Positions 46,708 to 56,617 of a stretch of DNA of 64,000 bases are shown piece after piece. Numbering within the stretch: the stretch's first letter is position 1; the number at the start of each line of letters is the position of its first letter. The notes below the pieces were generated by a model. The model was not told the origin of the DNA. It ran no database searches and saw nothing but the letters and a program-made list of their open reading frames with translations. The DNA comes from Nitrospirae bacterium MYbin3 (GTDB taxonomy: Bacteria > Nitrospirota > Thermodesulfovibrionia > Thermodesulfovibrionales > Dissulfurispiraceae), in assembly GCA_002753335.1 (NCBI GenBank), contig PEAD01000004.1:1-64000 (forward strand). The letters are read 5' to 3'. Position numbers and translations under genes: made by a program.

Positions 46708-48237
46708 TTGAACACTTGGGCTGATAAAGTGACAGATGACATCAACAAGGCATTCAGGGTTTTGCTGGTGTATGCAAATTCCCCTATGGACAACCTTATG
46801 CCGGTTAGCATCTCTTCAATCTCAGGAGCATTGCGCAGACGGGGTTTCGACATAAAGCTTTTCGATACCACCTTCTATCCCGGCATTACCACAGGAGGTG
46901 GCGAACGCTCTGGGTCTCTTCAGGTGGCGGAGTTTAGTTATGACGAGGTTGGAATAAGTTTTATAGAGACTGACGTATTCGACGATTTCCGGCGTCTGGC
47001 TTTGGAATACCAACCGAATATTATCGGTCTCTCTGTTGTGGAGCCTACGTATGAACTCGGCATAAATCTTCTTCGATCGGTCAGAGACTTGTCTATACCG
47101 ACCGTTGTGGGCGGCGTATTTGCCATATTTTCTCCTGAGTATGTTATTGCCAATGATGCTGTTGATATGGTCTGTATCGGTGAGGGAGAACGCGCTATTG
47201 TAGAACTTTGCGAAAAAATGGCTAGAGGTGAGGATTCTTCTGCTATTGACAATTTGTGGGTTAAGCAGGGCGGCGAGGTCATTCGAAACAAAAAGGCTGT
47301 GATGAAGCTCGATGAACTTCCTAAACTCGATTTCTCGATATATCATCCCAAACGTGTTTACCGCCCCATGTCGGGGCGTTTGTACCGTATGGCTCCTGTT
47401 GAGTTTTCGAGAGGCTGCGTCTACGAATGCACCTACTGTTCTGCTCCGGCCTTCGCAGAAAAATTCAAGGAAGAAGGCCGATGGCTGCGTCACAAGCCGG
47501 TAAGCACAATTATCGACGAGATAAAATCATATGTTGACGAGTACAATATCGAATATCTTTATTTCGTATCCGAGACCTTTCTTGCCATGCCTGAGGAAAA
47601 GTTCCGTGAATTTTGTCTGCGCTATCCCAAGATCGGCATTCCGTTCTGGTTCAATACCAGACCTGAAACCATAACAGCAGAAAAAATACGCATGCTTGAG
47701 GATATTAATTGTCATCGAATGAGTATCGGAGTTGAGTGCGGTAACGAGGAGTATCGTAGGACGATGCTGAGACGTCGTACTAGCAATATTCAGATAGCAG
47801 AAAAATGTGCGATTGTCTCGAAATCGTCCATACAACTCTCTGTTAATAATATAATAGGTTTTCCAGACGAGACGCGGGAAATGATATTCGACACAATGCG
47901 TCTGAATAGGGAGATTGACGCGGACAGCTACACTTGTAGTATTTTCCAGCCTTACCGTGGCACTTGGCTTCATTCTTATTGTGTGGAAAAGGGGTACTAC
48001 GATCCAGATGCGCTTGCTATAGACCTGACAGTGTCGTCCGTGCTCAAGCAGCCTCATATTACCGACAATGAAATCAGAGGACTCGCACGGGTATTTCCAT
48101 TGTATGTGAAATTTCCCGAAACTGACTTTCACTTAATCAGAAAAGCGGAGAAGTTTGATGCTGAGGGAGAAGAAGCCTTTCAACTTCTTTCGGCCCGATA
48201 TCGTAATACCTATGAAAAGCGTGGGAAAGTGTTTTAG
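46708..48237 (+). CDS. B12-binding radical SAM protein (tandem paralogue A)
   Basis: VVGGV, IGEGE, SRGCVYECTYC, GVECG, IIGFPDET, PYRGT. Confidence 0.88.
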   Translation: MNTWADKVTDDINKAFRVLLVYANSPMDNLMPVSISSISGALRRRGFDIKLFDTTFYPGITTGGGERSGSLQVAEFSYDEVGISFIETDVFDDFRRLALEYQPNIIGLSVVEPTYELGINLLRSVRDLSIPTVVGGVFAIFSPEYVIANDAVDMVCIGEGERAIVELCEKMARGEDSSAIDNLWVKQGGEVIRNKKAVMKLDELPKLDFSIYHPKRVYRPMSGRLYRMAPVEFSRGCVYECTYCSAPAFAEKFKEEGRWLRHKPVSTIIDEIKSYVDEYNIEYLYFVSETFLAMPEEKFREFCLRYPKIGIPFWFNTRPETITAEKIRMLEDINCHRMSIGVECGNEEYRRTMLRRRTSNIQIAEKCAIVSKSSIQLSVNNIIGFPDETREMIFDTMRLNREIDADSYTCSIFQPYRGTWLHSYCVEKGYYDPDALAIDLTVSSVLKQPHITDNEIRGLARVFPLYVKFPETDFHLIRKAEKFDAEGEEAFQLLSARYRNTYEKRGKVF

Positions 48238-48303
48238 AGGTGGAGAGGGCCTCGCTGCCTCTGCCTGTAATAATAAACATTAAATTAATTAAGGGAGTTT
48301 TTC

Positions 48304-49797
48304 ATGACGCGCACTTGTAAAATCTTGTTGTTATACCCCAATACCGAAATGGCGACACTCGTGCCTATTAACCTGTCTTTGCTGGCACCCTGCCTACAAA
48401 GACAAGGATTTGAGGTTGAACTATTCGACACCACATACTACCGGTGGGAAGAGAAGAACTTTGAGCAAAAGAAGGTTGAGCTTTTGCAGCTCAAACCTTT
48501 TAGTTATGACGAAAAGGGCGTTAATTATAAGGAGAGCGACATGTACGACGATCTCCGGGCAAAGGTGGCTGATTATCAGCCGGATCTCATCGGCATCACC
48601 TTGGTAGAAGACACTTATGAGTTGGGGCTGTCTCTTTTGAAGGCTATAAGTGGTTGCTCAGCGCCTGTCATTGCCGGTGGGGTTTTTGTAACCTTCTCAC
48701 CGGAAGACGTTATAGGTCATAACGAGGTTGATATGGTTTGCATAGGGGAAGGAGAGGAGGCCCTTGTCGAGCTTTGTGAACGGATTGCACGTGGTGAGGA
48801 CTACACAGATGTTAAGAATCTCTGGGTTAAGCGTGACGGCAGGATTTTCAAGAACCCAATGCGTAGACTGACCGATCTTAATTCTCTGCCTTATATAGAC
48901 TATGACATTTTTGAACGTAAGCGTCTTTACCGCCCAATGCACGGCAAGATATACACGATGTTACATGTTGAAATAGACAGGGGGTGTCCCTACGATTGCA
49001 CCTACTGTGAGGCCCCTCATCTCCGGCGGCTGTTTCAGGAGAAAGGCTGTGGAACATATTACCGCCGCAAGGACACTGATAGGGTGATTGAGGAAATCAG
49101 ACATCTTGTCGGCAAGTACCGGCCTGATTACATAAATTTTAATGCAGAGTCATTTCTTGCCAAACCTCTTTCCGAGCTCAAGGAGTTTGCCGAACGCTAT
49201 AAAGAGATCGGGCTGCCGTTCTGGTGTCAGTCACGGCCGGAGACGGTCACTGATGAAAAAATACGAATACTTAAAGAAATGAATTGCCAGAACATGCAGT
49301 TTGGAATAGAACATGGCAATGAGGCATTCCGGGCCAAAATCCTAAACCGGCACTATACCAACAATCAGATGCTTGAGTCATTCAGGATTGTCGAACGCTA
49401 TGGCATCTCCTACACGGTTAACAACATTATCGGGTTTCCAGATGAAACGCGCGAACTGGTTTTTGATACCATTAAGGTTAATCGTCAGATTTGCCCGACA
49501 ACCATGAACGTATATTTCTTTACACCATACAAAGGCACTAGGCTTTATCAGTACTGCGTTGAAAAAGGCTATATAGATAAAAGCGATAAGGTTCACCAAT
49601 TGTTGGATGGGGTGCCGCTGAAAATGGATTCTATAAGCTATATAGAGCTCAAGGGACTGCAGCGGACATTCCCTATGTACGCCAGAATGCCGGAAGATAT
49701 GTTCGAAAAGATCAGGCTCGCAGAGAGGTTTGATGAGCAAGGCAATGCTATGTTTGAAGAGCTTAAGACTCTATATTATCAGCAGTATTTTAAATAA
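48304..49797 (+). CDS. B12-binding radical SAM protein (tandem paralogue B)
   Basis: IAGGV, IGEGE, RGCPYDCTYC, GIEHG, IIGFPDET, PYKGT. Confidence 0.88.
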   Translation: MTRTCKILLLYPNTEMATLVPINLSLLAPCLQRQGFEVELFDTTYYRWEEKNFEQKKVELLQLKPFSYDEKGVNYKESDMYDDLRAKVADYQPDLIGITLVEDTYELGLSLLKAISGCSAPVIAGGVFVTFSPEDVIGHNEVDMVCIGEGEEALVELCERIARGEDYTDVKNLWVKRDGRIFKNPMRRLTDLNSLPYIDYDIFERKRLYRPMHGKIYTMLHVEIDRGCPYDCTYCEAPHLRRLFQEKGCGTYYRRKDTDRVIEEIRHLVGKYRPDYINFNAESFLAKPLSELKEFAERYKEIGLPFWCQSRPETVTDEKIRILKEMNCQNMQFGIEHGNEAFRAKILNRHYTNNQMLESFRIVERYGISYTVNNIIGFPDETRELVFDTIKVNRQICPTTMNVYFFTPYKGTRLYQYCVEKGYIDKSDKVHQLLDGVPLKMDSISYIELKGLQRTFPMYARMPEDMFEKIRLAERFDEQGNAMFEELKTLYYQQYFK

Positions 49798-49808
49798 ACT
49801 TATTTGCA

Positions 49809-50720
49809 ATGAGGAAAATCTTCATTTCTACAACATCCTTTGGTGTCTATGACCGATCATGCCTGAATATTCTTTCTGACAAAGGGTTTGAGGTGCAACT
49901 TAACCCTCATGGGCGAAAGCTTGCCGGAGAGGAAATTGTGGAATTATGCCGTGATGCAATTGGCATTGTTGCAGGCACAGAATCTCTTGATGAAGCTGTT
50001 TTAAAGCAGCTTACGGTTTTAAAAGTTATCTCCCGCTGCGGCACAGGCATGGACAACGTCGATTTGAAAGCAACCGAAAGACTCGGCATCAAGGTTGTAA
50101 ATACTCCGGATGCTCCGACACTTGCGGTTGCCGAACTTGCGGTGGGGCTGATTATTTCTCTGCTGAGAAAGGTATGCCGGATGGATGCTGCGGTTCGGAG
50201 GGGCGAATGGAAAAAGATGATGGGGAATCAGCTTTCGGGCAAGACGGTCGGCATTATAGGCTTTGGCAGGATCGGAAGGAAGACGGCCGAACTGCTTGCG
50301 CTGTTGGGATGCAAGATTATATTTTATGATGTCGCGGTTGATGCTGCGCCTGAGGGCTTTGAGATGGTAAGCTTGCAGGAACTTCTGGGCAGAAGCGATA
50401 TTGTGACTTTCCATGTATCGTCAAAGTCTAAGATAGTAGGAGCCGAAGAAATAAAACTAATGAAGCAGGGGGCATGGATAATCAATTTATCCAGAGGCGG
50501 GGTTGTTGACGAGAATGCCCTGTATCTTGCGCTCAAGGAAGGACGGCTTTCAGGCGCTGCTCTCGATGTTTTTGAACAGGAGCCTTACACAGGCCCGTTT
50601 AAGGATCTGGATAACGTTATTATTACGCCGCATATCGGCTCTTACGCTAAAGAGTCGCGTATTGCAATGGAGCTTCAGTCGGTCGAGAATCTTCTTAAAG
50701 GATTGGAGGCACACAAATGA
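49809..50720 (+). CDS. D-2-hydroxyacid dehydrogenase (phosphoglycerate dehydrogenase-like, no ACT domain)
   Basis: SRCGTGMDNVD, AVAE, GIIGFGRIG, INLSRGGVVDE, ALDVFEQEP, TPHIG. Confidence 0.88.
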   Translation: MRKIFISTTSFGVYDRSCLNILSDKGFEVQLNPHGRKLAGEEIVELCRDAIGIVAGTESLDEAVLKQLTVLKVISRCGTGMDNVDLKATERLGIKVVNTPDAPTLAVAELAVGLIISLLRKVCRMDAAVRRGEWKKMMGNQLSGKTVGIIGFGRIGRKTAELLALLGCKIIFYDVAVDAAPEGFEMVSLQELLGRSDIVTFHVSSKSKIVGAEEIKLMKQGAWIINLSRGGVVDENALYLALKEGRLSGAALDVFEQEPYTGPFKDLDNVIITPHIGSYAKESRIAMELQSVENLLKGLEAHK

Positions 50721-51637
50721 AAGTGATAGTTTTCGGTGGTTCGGGCTTCTTGGGTAGTCATGTTGCAGACGCACTCACTGAGGCGGGGCATGAAGTAATT
50801 GTTTATGACCTCAAGCATTCCCCTTATATTAGCTGCAGACAGCAGATGATAGTCGGAGACATAATGGATGAAAAGAAGGTGGAGGATGCTGTAAGGGGCT
50901 GCGATGTGGTCTATAATTTTGCGGGGATAGCTGATATAGAAGAGGCGAGCAGGAAGCCGCTGCACAGTATCCGCTTTAATATTATGGGCAATGCTGTCAT
51001 TCTTGAGGCCAGCAGGAAAGTCGGCGTCAAGAGATTTGTATTCGCCAGTTCGCTTTATGTTTACAGCAGGTCAGGATCTTTTTACAGGAGCACAAAGCAG
51101 GCGTGCGAGCTTCTTATCGAGAATTACCGGCAGGTGTACGGCCTGTCTTACACCATTTTAAGATACGGCTCACTGTACGGTCCGCGCGCTGACGAAAGAA
51201 ATGCGATTTTTAAATTTATAAAACAAGCCTTGACCGAAGGCAAGATCGAGCGGCATGGTGACGGAGAGGAGCTGCGGGAATATATCCATGTCGTTGATGC
51301 TGCGCACGGCAGCGTCGAGATACTGTCCGAGGATTTTGCGGACCAGCATGTTATCATTACCGGCCAGCAGCAGATCAGGATAAAAGATTTCCTTATGATG
51401 ATCCGTGAGATGTTGGACAACAAGGTGGATATAACATATCTTCCCTCGACAGAAGGCTTCCATTACGAAATCACACCTTACTCCTTCGCTCCCAAGATAG
51501 GAAAGCGCATCAACTGCAGGACCTATCTGGATTTGGGGCAGGGCATTCTCGACAGTATCTACTCAATATACAGGGAGGTCAATCCCTTGCCTGTTTATGA
51601 CAATATTATGATCAACGATCGCAACTCTAGACTATAA
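50717..51637 (+). CDS. NAD-dependent epimerase/dehydratase (extended SDR)
   Basis: GGSGFLG, YRSTK (YxxxK), LRYGSLYGP, REYIHV. Confidence 0.85.
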   Translation: MKVIVFGGSGFLGSHVADALTEAGHEVIVYDLKHSPYISCRQQMIVGDIMDEKKVEDAVRGCDVVYNFAGIADIEEASRKPLHSIRFNIMGNAVILEASRKVGVKRFVFASSLYVYSRSGSFYRSTKQACELLIENYRQVYGLSYTILRYGSLYGPRADERNAIFKFIKQALTEGKIERHGDGEELREYIHVVDAAHGSVEILSEDFADQHVIITGQQQIRIKDFLMMIREMLDNKVDITYLPSTEGFHYEITPYSFAPKIGKRINCRTYLDLGQGILDSIYSIYREVNPLPVYDNIMINDRNSRL

Positions 51638-51688
51638 CGCTGACCCTTACCAGATGCCTTTTATTACGGCTCTTTAAATAAATAACGA

Positions 51689-52354
51689 ATGACATATAAG
51701 TATCTCTCATATCCGCTGGACTTAAAAATTCCGGTGTATGGAAAAACCGCTTCGATCGACATCAAAAGCGTTAAATCTATAGACAACGGTGATTCCGCAA
51801 ACGTATATGCGTTTGCAATGGAGAACCACTGGGGAACGCATGTTGACGCCCCCAACCACTTTTTTGTGGAGGGCAAGAAGATTGCCGACTACCCTGCCGG
51901 ATTTTGGTTTTTCAAGTCTCCTCAAGTCATAGATATAGAACTGTTATCCTCTGAGATGCTGATTTCAGGAAGCTGGTTTGAACAGATAAAACATGATACA
52001 GACTGTTTGTTGTTAAGGTCCGGGTGGGGTATGAGGCGAAGAGAAGAAGCTTACTGCATAGAGAATCCGGGTATACATCCTGATGTTGGACGGGAATTGA
52101 GAATAAAATATCCTACAATTCGTGCTTTGGGAATAGACTGGGTTTCTGTTTCATCGTACAGGAATCGTGAGTTGGGAAGAGAGGCGCACAGGGCTTTGCT
52201 TAGAGAATACGGCATCGGTGAACCGCCGGTAATAATAGAAGATATGGATCTTTCATGCGATATGGCAGGGCTTAGAAATGTATGGGTTTTGCCGCTGAGG
52301 GTCTGCGGGCTCGACAGCGCTCCATGCACTATCATAGGTGGGTTTGGTGATTGA
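51689..52354 (+). CDS. Cyclase-family (kynurenine formamidase-like) metal hydrolase
   Basis: HWGTHVDAPNH motif, GID, IIEDM. Confidence 0.85.
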   Translation: MTYKYLSYPLDLKIPVYGKTASIDIKSVKSIDNGDSANVYAFAMENHWGTHVDAPNHFFVEGKKIADYPAGFWFFKSPQVIDIELLSSEMLISGSWFEQIKHDTDCLLLRSGWGMRRREEAYCIENPGIHPDVGRELRIKYPTIRALGIDWVSVSSYRNRELGREAHRALLREYGIGEPPVIIEDMDLSCDMAGLRNVWVLPLRVCGLDSAPCTIIGGFGD

Positions 52355-53006
52355 GGCGATAATTTTTGATTTTGACGGCGTTCTCGTAGAGTCGGTGGAT
52401 ATAAAGACCAAGGCCTTTCAGAGGCTGTTTGAGTCTGAAGGGGAAGAGGTTGTTGCAAAGGTTGCAGAGTATCATTTAATGCACGGCGGTGTTTCGCGTT
52501 TCGACAAGTTCAGGCATTTTTATTCTGAGTTTCTGCGCAGGCCGTTGACCGATGAAATTTTTCAAGAGCTATGCAGTAGCTTCTCTAATCTTGTTAAGGA
52601 AGAGGTGGTAAAAGCGCCGTATGTAAAAGGAGCCAAAGAGTTTCTCGAATCTAATGCGTTAACTTACAGCTGTTTTGTCTGCACCGCAACACCCCATGAT
52701 GAGATAGAGGAGATTTTAAGATCGAGACGAATGAACGATTATTTTAAGGGCGTTTACGGCGCACCCCGGAGCAAGATAGACATAGTCAGCAGTATTCTGT
52801 CTTTGTCGGATATCGTTGCGGAAAAGACGGTTTACGTAGGCGATGCCTGGACCGACTACGCTGCCGCTCAAGCCAACAGGGTCAAGTTTGTGGCCCGTAT
52901 TAATCACAATGAAGAGATATTTAAAGATGTCACTTGTCCTAAAATAAATGACCTGACAGAACTCTCTGACGTTATTCTATTATGGAAAAATCCGCTAAAG
53001 AAATAG
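52347..53006 (+). CDS. HAD-superfamily hydrolase/phosphatase
   Basis: IIFDFDGVL, motif IV YVGDAWTD. Confidence 0.88.
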   Translation: MIEAIIFDFDGVLVESVDIKTKAFQRLFESEGEEVVAKVAEYHLMHGGVSRFDKFRHFYSEFLRRPLTDEIFQELCSSFSNLVKEEVVKAPYVKGAKEFLESNALTYSCFVCTATPHDEIEEILRSRRMNDYFKGVYGAPRSKIDIVSSILSLSDIVAEKTVYVGDAWTDYAAAQANRVKFVARINHNEEIFKDVTCPKINDLTELSDVILLWKNPLKK

Positions 53007-54730
53007 ACGGTCCCGATGTCCTTGATTTATCATACCTGAGCGCTATTCAGGCCCGTTTATTAAATGAAACAGCCGAGATTGTTCGTGAACCTTTTATATC
53101 CCTTATAGACTCGCTTTCTGTTGACAATGCCGACAATATGGATTGGTGGGTCTCGAACCTTTCGAGCAGAAACGTTCTTCTGAGTTCATTCTATGTTGAT
53201 TGTTGTTATCTTGCACTTATACAGGAACTGTTGCGCAGAGGCTACGCGCTAAGAACCATAAAGGTGAACTCTGTTGCTATGGCCGAAACGGTTAACCTTC
53301 TTCTCAGGACCCAGTCTGGCAAAATACGGGTTGAGAATGTCAAATGTCCTGCTTTTCAACGGTTAAAATCTGTGGTGAGATTTTTAGCTCACTTTATTCT
53401 TTCTGCGTATAGGTTTTTCCTTAGAATGTTTGCAATGAACGTATTGAAATGCAGCCGCAGATGCTTTCCTGATAAGCCGCTAACCTTGCTTGATGTGTTT
53501 GTTTTTGAAAACAGTTTCAAGGACGGAACCTTTGCCGACCGTTATTACACAGGTTTTCAAAATTTTCTTTCGGAGGATGAGAAGAGACTTATTTTCTATG
53601 TACCCACGCTGCATAAAGTAAAGAACATAATCGCGACATACCGAAGTATTTTAAAATCAGGTGAAAACTTTCTGTTAAAGGAGGTTTTCCTGACCTGTGC
53701 TGATTATCTTTACGCTCTTGGATACCCCTTTCGTGTAGGCAAGATAGCGCTTACGCCCAAGACTATTCTTAATATGGATGTTACACCCCTAATGAAAGCT
53801 GCATTATATCAAGACCGAGCGTCTTACGGGTCTATGGATGCGCTTCTAAATTATCGTTTTGCCGAAAGGTTGGCTGAGGCTGGGATTCGTCTTAGATTGG
53901 TTGTTGATTGGTTTGAAAATCAGGTTGTAGATCGCGGGTTTAACGCAGGCTTCAGGCGTTTCTATAATGGAATTTCGCATGTAGGTTATCAGGGCTTTGT
54001 TGCACCGGACAGATATCTTAGTTTGTTTCCATCCAATGCTGAATATGCTGGAGAAGTAATCCCTCAACATGTCATTGTAGTTGGTAAAGCGCTTGTTGAT
54101 AGATTAAGACAGGCATGTCCGAACCTTGATGTTGGTGTTGGTCCGGCATTCAGGTTTGGTGGGGTATGGGCCGAGAGAAAGGATGTTCCAGATCCTTCAT
54201 TATTCACGATCTTAATTGCATTGCCTATCATGATGAGGGAGGGCAACGACATCTTGAAACTTGCCGCTTCATGCCTGGAAAATAAAATGCTCCAAACATG
54301 CCACTTTCTTATCAAACAGCATCCTACCAATAAACGCGAACAAATTCTTAAATATTTCGGCTCTGGGTGGCCCAATCGCTTCCAGTTTTCGGACGAGGAT
54401 GTTGACACCAGCATGAATAAAGCAAGCCTTTTGATCAGCAGCGCTTCAAGTGTATGCATGGAAGCTCTTGCCAGAGGGATTCCGGTTATAATTGTAGGAA
54501 GCAGTAGCGGGCTTACCTATACTCCTGTTCCCCATCATATAACCGATGACATATGGTCCCTATGTTATACTTCAGACGAATTAATGAAGGCAATTTTGTA
54601 TTATAAAAGTCGTGATGAAAAAACCGTCAAGCGGCATGAGGCTCTAGGAAAAGATATTCGCGGCGACTATTTTGAACCAGTCACAAGGGAGTCTGTTAGG
54701 CGTTTTCTTCAGTTAGATCCAAGGGGGTAA
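52982..54730 (+). CDS. Large hypothetical protein with C-terminal GT-B-like domain
   Basis: FENQ, GYQG, LIKQHP, LISSASSVCMEALARGIPV. Confidence 0.55.
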   Translation: MEKSAKEIDGPDVLDLSYLSAIQARLLNETAEIVREPFISLIDSLSVDNADNMDWWVSNLSSRNVLLSSFYVDCCYLALIQELLRRGYALRTIKVNSVAMAETVNLLLRTQSGKIRVENVKCPAFQRLKSVVRFLAHFILSAYRFFLRMFAMNVLKCSRRCFPDKPLTLLDVFVFENSFKDGTFADRYYTGFQNFLSEDEKRLIFYVPTLHKVKNIIATYRSILKSGENFLLKEVFLTCADYLYALGYPFRVGKIALTPKTILNMDVTPLMKAALYQDRASYGSMDALLNYRFAERLAEAGIRLRLVVDWFENQVVDRGFNAGFRRFYNGISHVGYQGFVAPDRYLSLFPSNAEYAGEVIPQHVIVVGKALVDRLRQACPNLDVGVGPAFRFGGVWAERKDVPDPSLFTILIALPIMMREGNDILKLAASCLENKMLQTCHFLIKQHPTNKREQILKYFGSGWPNRFQFSDEDVDTSMNKASLLISSASSVCMEALARGIPVIIVGSSSGLTYTPVPHHITDDIWSLCYTSDELMKAILYYKSRDEKTVKRHEALGKDIRGDYFEPVTRESVRRFLQLDPRG

Positions 54731-54734
54731 ATTC

Positions 54735-55517
54735 ATGAAAACAGTGATACTTTGCGGTGGATATGGGACTCGCATCAGAGACGTTGCTGACAATATACCC
54801 AAGCCAATGATACCGGTTGGCGGATTCCCGATACTATGGCACATAATGAAATACTATTCCCATTGGGGGCATAACAGGTTTGTCCTATGTCTTGGCTATA
54901 AAGGACAGGTAATAAAGGATTTTTTCCTGAACTACGAAGCCCACACAAACGACTTCACTATTACATTGGGCGGCAACAAGACCATCGATTACCATAGCCG
55001 GCATTCAGAATCTGACTGGCAGGTGACTCTGGCCGAGACTGGAGAAAATGCAATGACAGGAGCTCGCATCCGGGCGGTGAAACGCTACCTTGAAGGGGAT
55101 ACGGACTTCATGCTCACCTATGGGGATGGTGTCGGTAATGTGGATATAACAAAGCTTATAGCTTTTCACCGCAGCCACGGTAAAATACTGACCGTTAGCG
55201 GAATGCGACCACCGGGCCGTTTTGGTGAACTCATGAGCGATTCGGACGGCAGGGTAACCGAGTTCAACGAAAAGCCTCAGGCCAGCGGAGGCAGGATATC
55301 AGGAGGCTTCTTTGTTTGCCGGAAGGAGCTGTTTGATTATCTTGATGCCCGCGGGGATTTGGTTTTTGAGCAAGAGCCGATGCGCAACTTGGTGCGGGAC
55401 GGTCAACTGATGGTGCATGAGCATGATGGCTTCTGGCAGCCCATGGATACTTACCGTGACTATACGCTTTTAAACGAGCTGTATGCACAGGGTTCCGCGC
55501 CTTGGGTAATCTGGTAG
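54735..55517 (+). CDS. rfbF: Glucose-1-phosphate cytidylyltransferase
   Basis: ILCGGYGTRI, PKPM, LGYKG, MTGARI, TYGDG, RFG, FWQPMDT. Confidence 0.9.
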   Translation: MKTVILCGGYGTRIRDVADNIPKPMIPVGGFPILWHIMKYYSHWGHNRFVLCLGYKGQVIKDFFLNYEAHTNDFTITLGGNKTIDYHSRHSESDWQVTLAETGENAMTGARIRAVKRYLEGDTDFMLTYGDGVGNVDITKLIAFHRSHGKILTVSGMRPPGRFGELMSDSDGRVTEFNEKPQASGGRISGGFFVCRKELFDYLDARGDLVFEQEPMRNLVRDGQLMVHEHDGFWQPMDTYRDYTLLNELYAQGSAPWVIW

Positions 55518-55525
55518 GTGTATGT

Positions 55526-56617
55526 ATGTTTGGCAATGAATTCAAAGACAAGAAAGTTCTTATTACAGGCAGTACCGGATTTAAGGGGAGCTGGCTTTCG
55601 GCGTGGCTTTTAAAGCTTGGAGCGCAGGTTTTCGGCATATCGAAAGATATTCCAACAGAGCCATCTTTGTTTGAAGTCCTGAAGTTGAGTGAAAAGATAA
55701 ACCACACAACAGATGATATACGCGATCTCAGTAGTGTGGTCAATCTGCTCAATCATGTAAAACCGGATTTTGTGTTTCATCTGGCGGCTCAATCCATAGT
55801 CTCGCTTTCATATAAAGACCCTATAGAGACCATTTCAACAAATGTTATCGGTACCGCAAATGTGCTGGAGGCTTTAAGGCGCATCAATCATCCTTGCATC
55901 GCTGTTATCATAACGAGCGACAAGTGTTACGATAATGTGGAGTGGGTATGGGGCTATAGAGAAATCGACAGGCTTGGAGGCAAGGATGTTTACAGTGGAT
56001 CCAAGGGGGCAGCAGAACTTATTTTTAAATCATATTTCCAATCTTTTTTAAAAGGCTCTATGGTGCAGGCTGCTACAGCTAGGGCCGGTAATGTGGTGGG
56101 TGGCGGAGACTGGGCAGCGGATCGTATAGTGCCTGACAGCATGCGGGCCTGGAGCGAAGCACGAACTGTTGAGATGCGTATGCCCAATGCAACACGGCCA
56201 TGGCAGCATGTATTAGAGCCCCTAAGTGGGTATCTGTCTCTGGCTACTGAACTTAAGACGAACCCCAGCATTAACGGCGAGGCTTTCAATTTCGGACCGC
56301 ATACCGAAAATAACTATTCGGTAAAAACACTCATTGAAGATATGGCTAGGGTATGGGGGTTCAAAGACTCTCGTCAGGCCTATAAAATATCTGATAATGC
56401 TGTATTTGCCGAAGCCGGGCTTCTTAAGCTGAACTGTGACAAGTCTTTATATCATCTCGGTTGGCAGCCAGCTCTGGATTATAACAACATGATCAAATTC
56501 ACGACGCTCTGGTACTATGAGTTTTATAAAGGAAGAGACATATTTTCGTACACGATAGGTCAGATAGCCGAATATGAAGCTATTGCAGAAAGAAAGAGAA
56601 TAAGGTGGGCGGGATAA
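55526..56617 (+). CDS. rfbG: CDP-glucose 4,6-dehydratase
   Basis: TGFKGSWL, HLAAQ, TSDKCY, YSGSK, RAGNVVGGGDW, RPWQHVLEPL. Confidence 0.92.
   Translation: MFGNEFKDKKVLITGSTGFKGSWLSAWLLKLGAQVFGISKDIPTEPSLFEVLKLSEKINHTTDDIRDLSSVVNLLNHVKPDFVFHLAAQSIVSLSYKDPIETISTNVIGTANVLEALRRINHPCIAVIITSDKCYDNVEWVWGYREIDRLGGKDVYSGSKGAAELIFKSYFQSFLKGSMVQAATARAGNVVGGGDWAADRIVPDSMRAWSEARTVEMRMPNATRPWQHVLEPLSGYLSLATELKTNPSINGEAFNFGPHTENNYSVKTLIEDMARVWGFKDSRQAYKISDNAVFAEAGLLKLNCDKSLYHLGWQPALDYNNMIKFTTLWYYEFYKGRDIFSYTIGQIAEYEAIAERKRIRWAG

Noticed and set aside
48236..48262. Hairpin between the two B12-radical SAM genes as a terminator
   Set aside because: The stem relies on G-U pairs and there is no U-tract.
44744..50720. 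Housekeeping hisC and serA
   Set aside because: Both are embedded in the glycan operon without other his/ser genes, and the SerA-like protein lacks regulatory domains; treated as pathway-specific paralogues.
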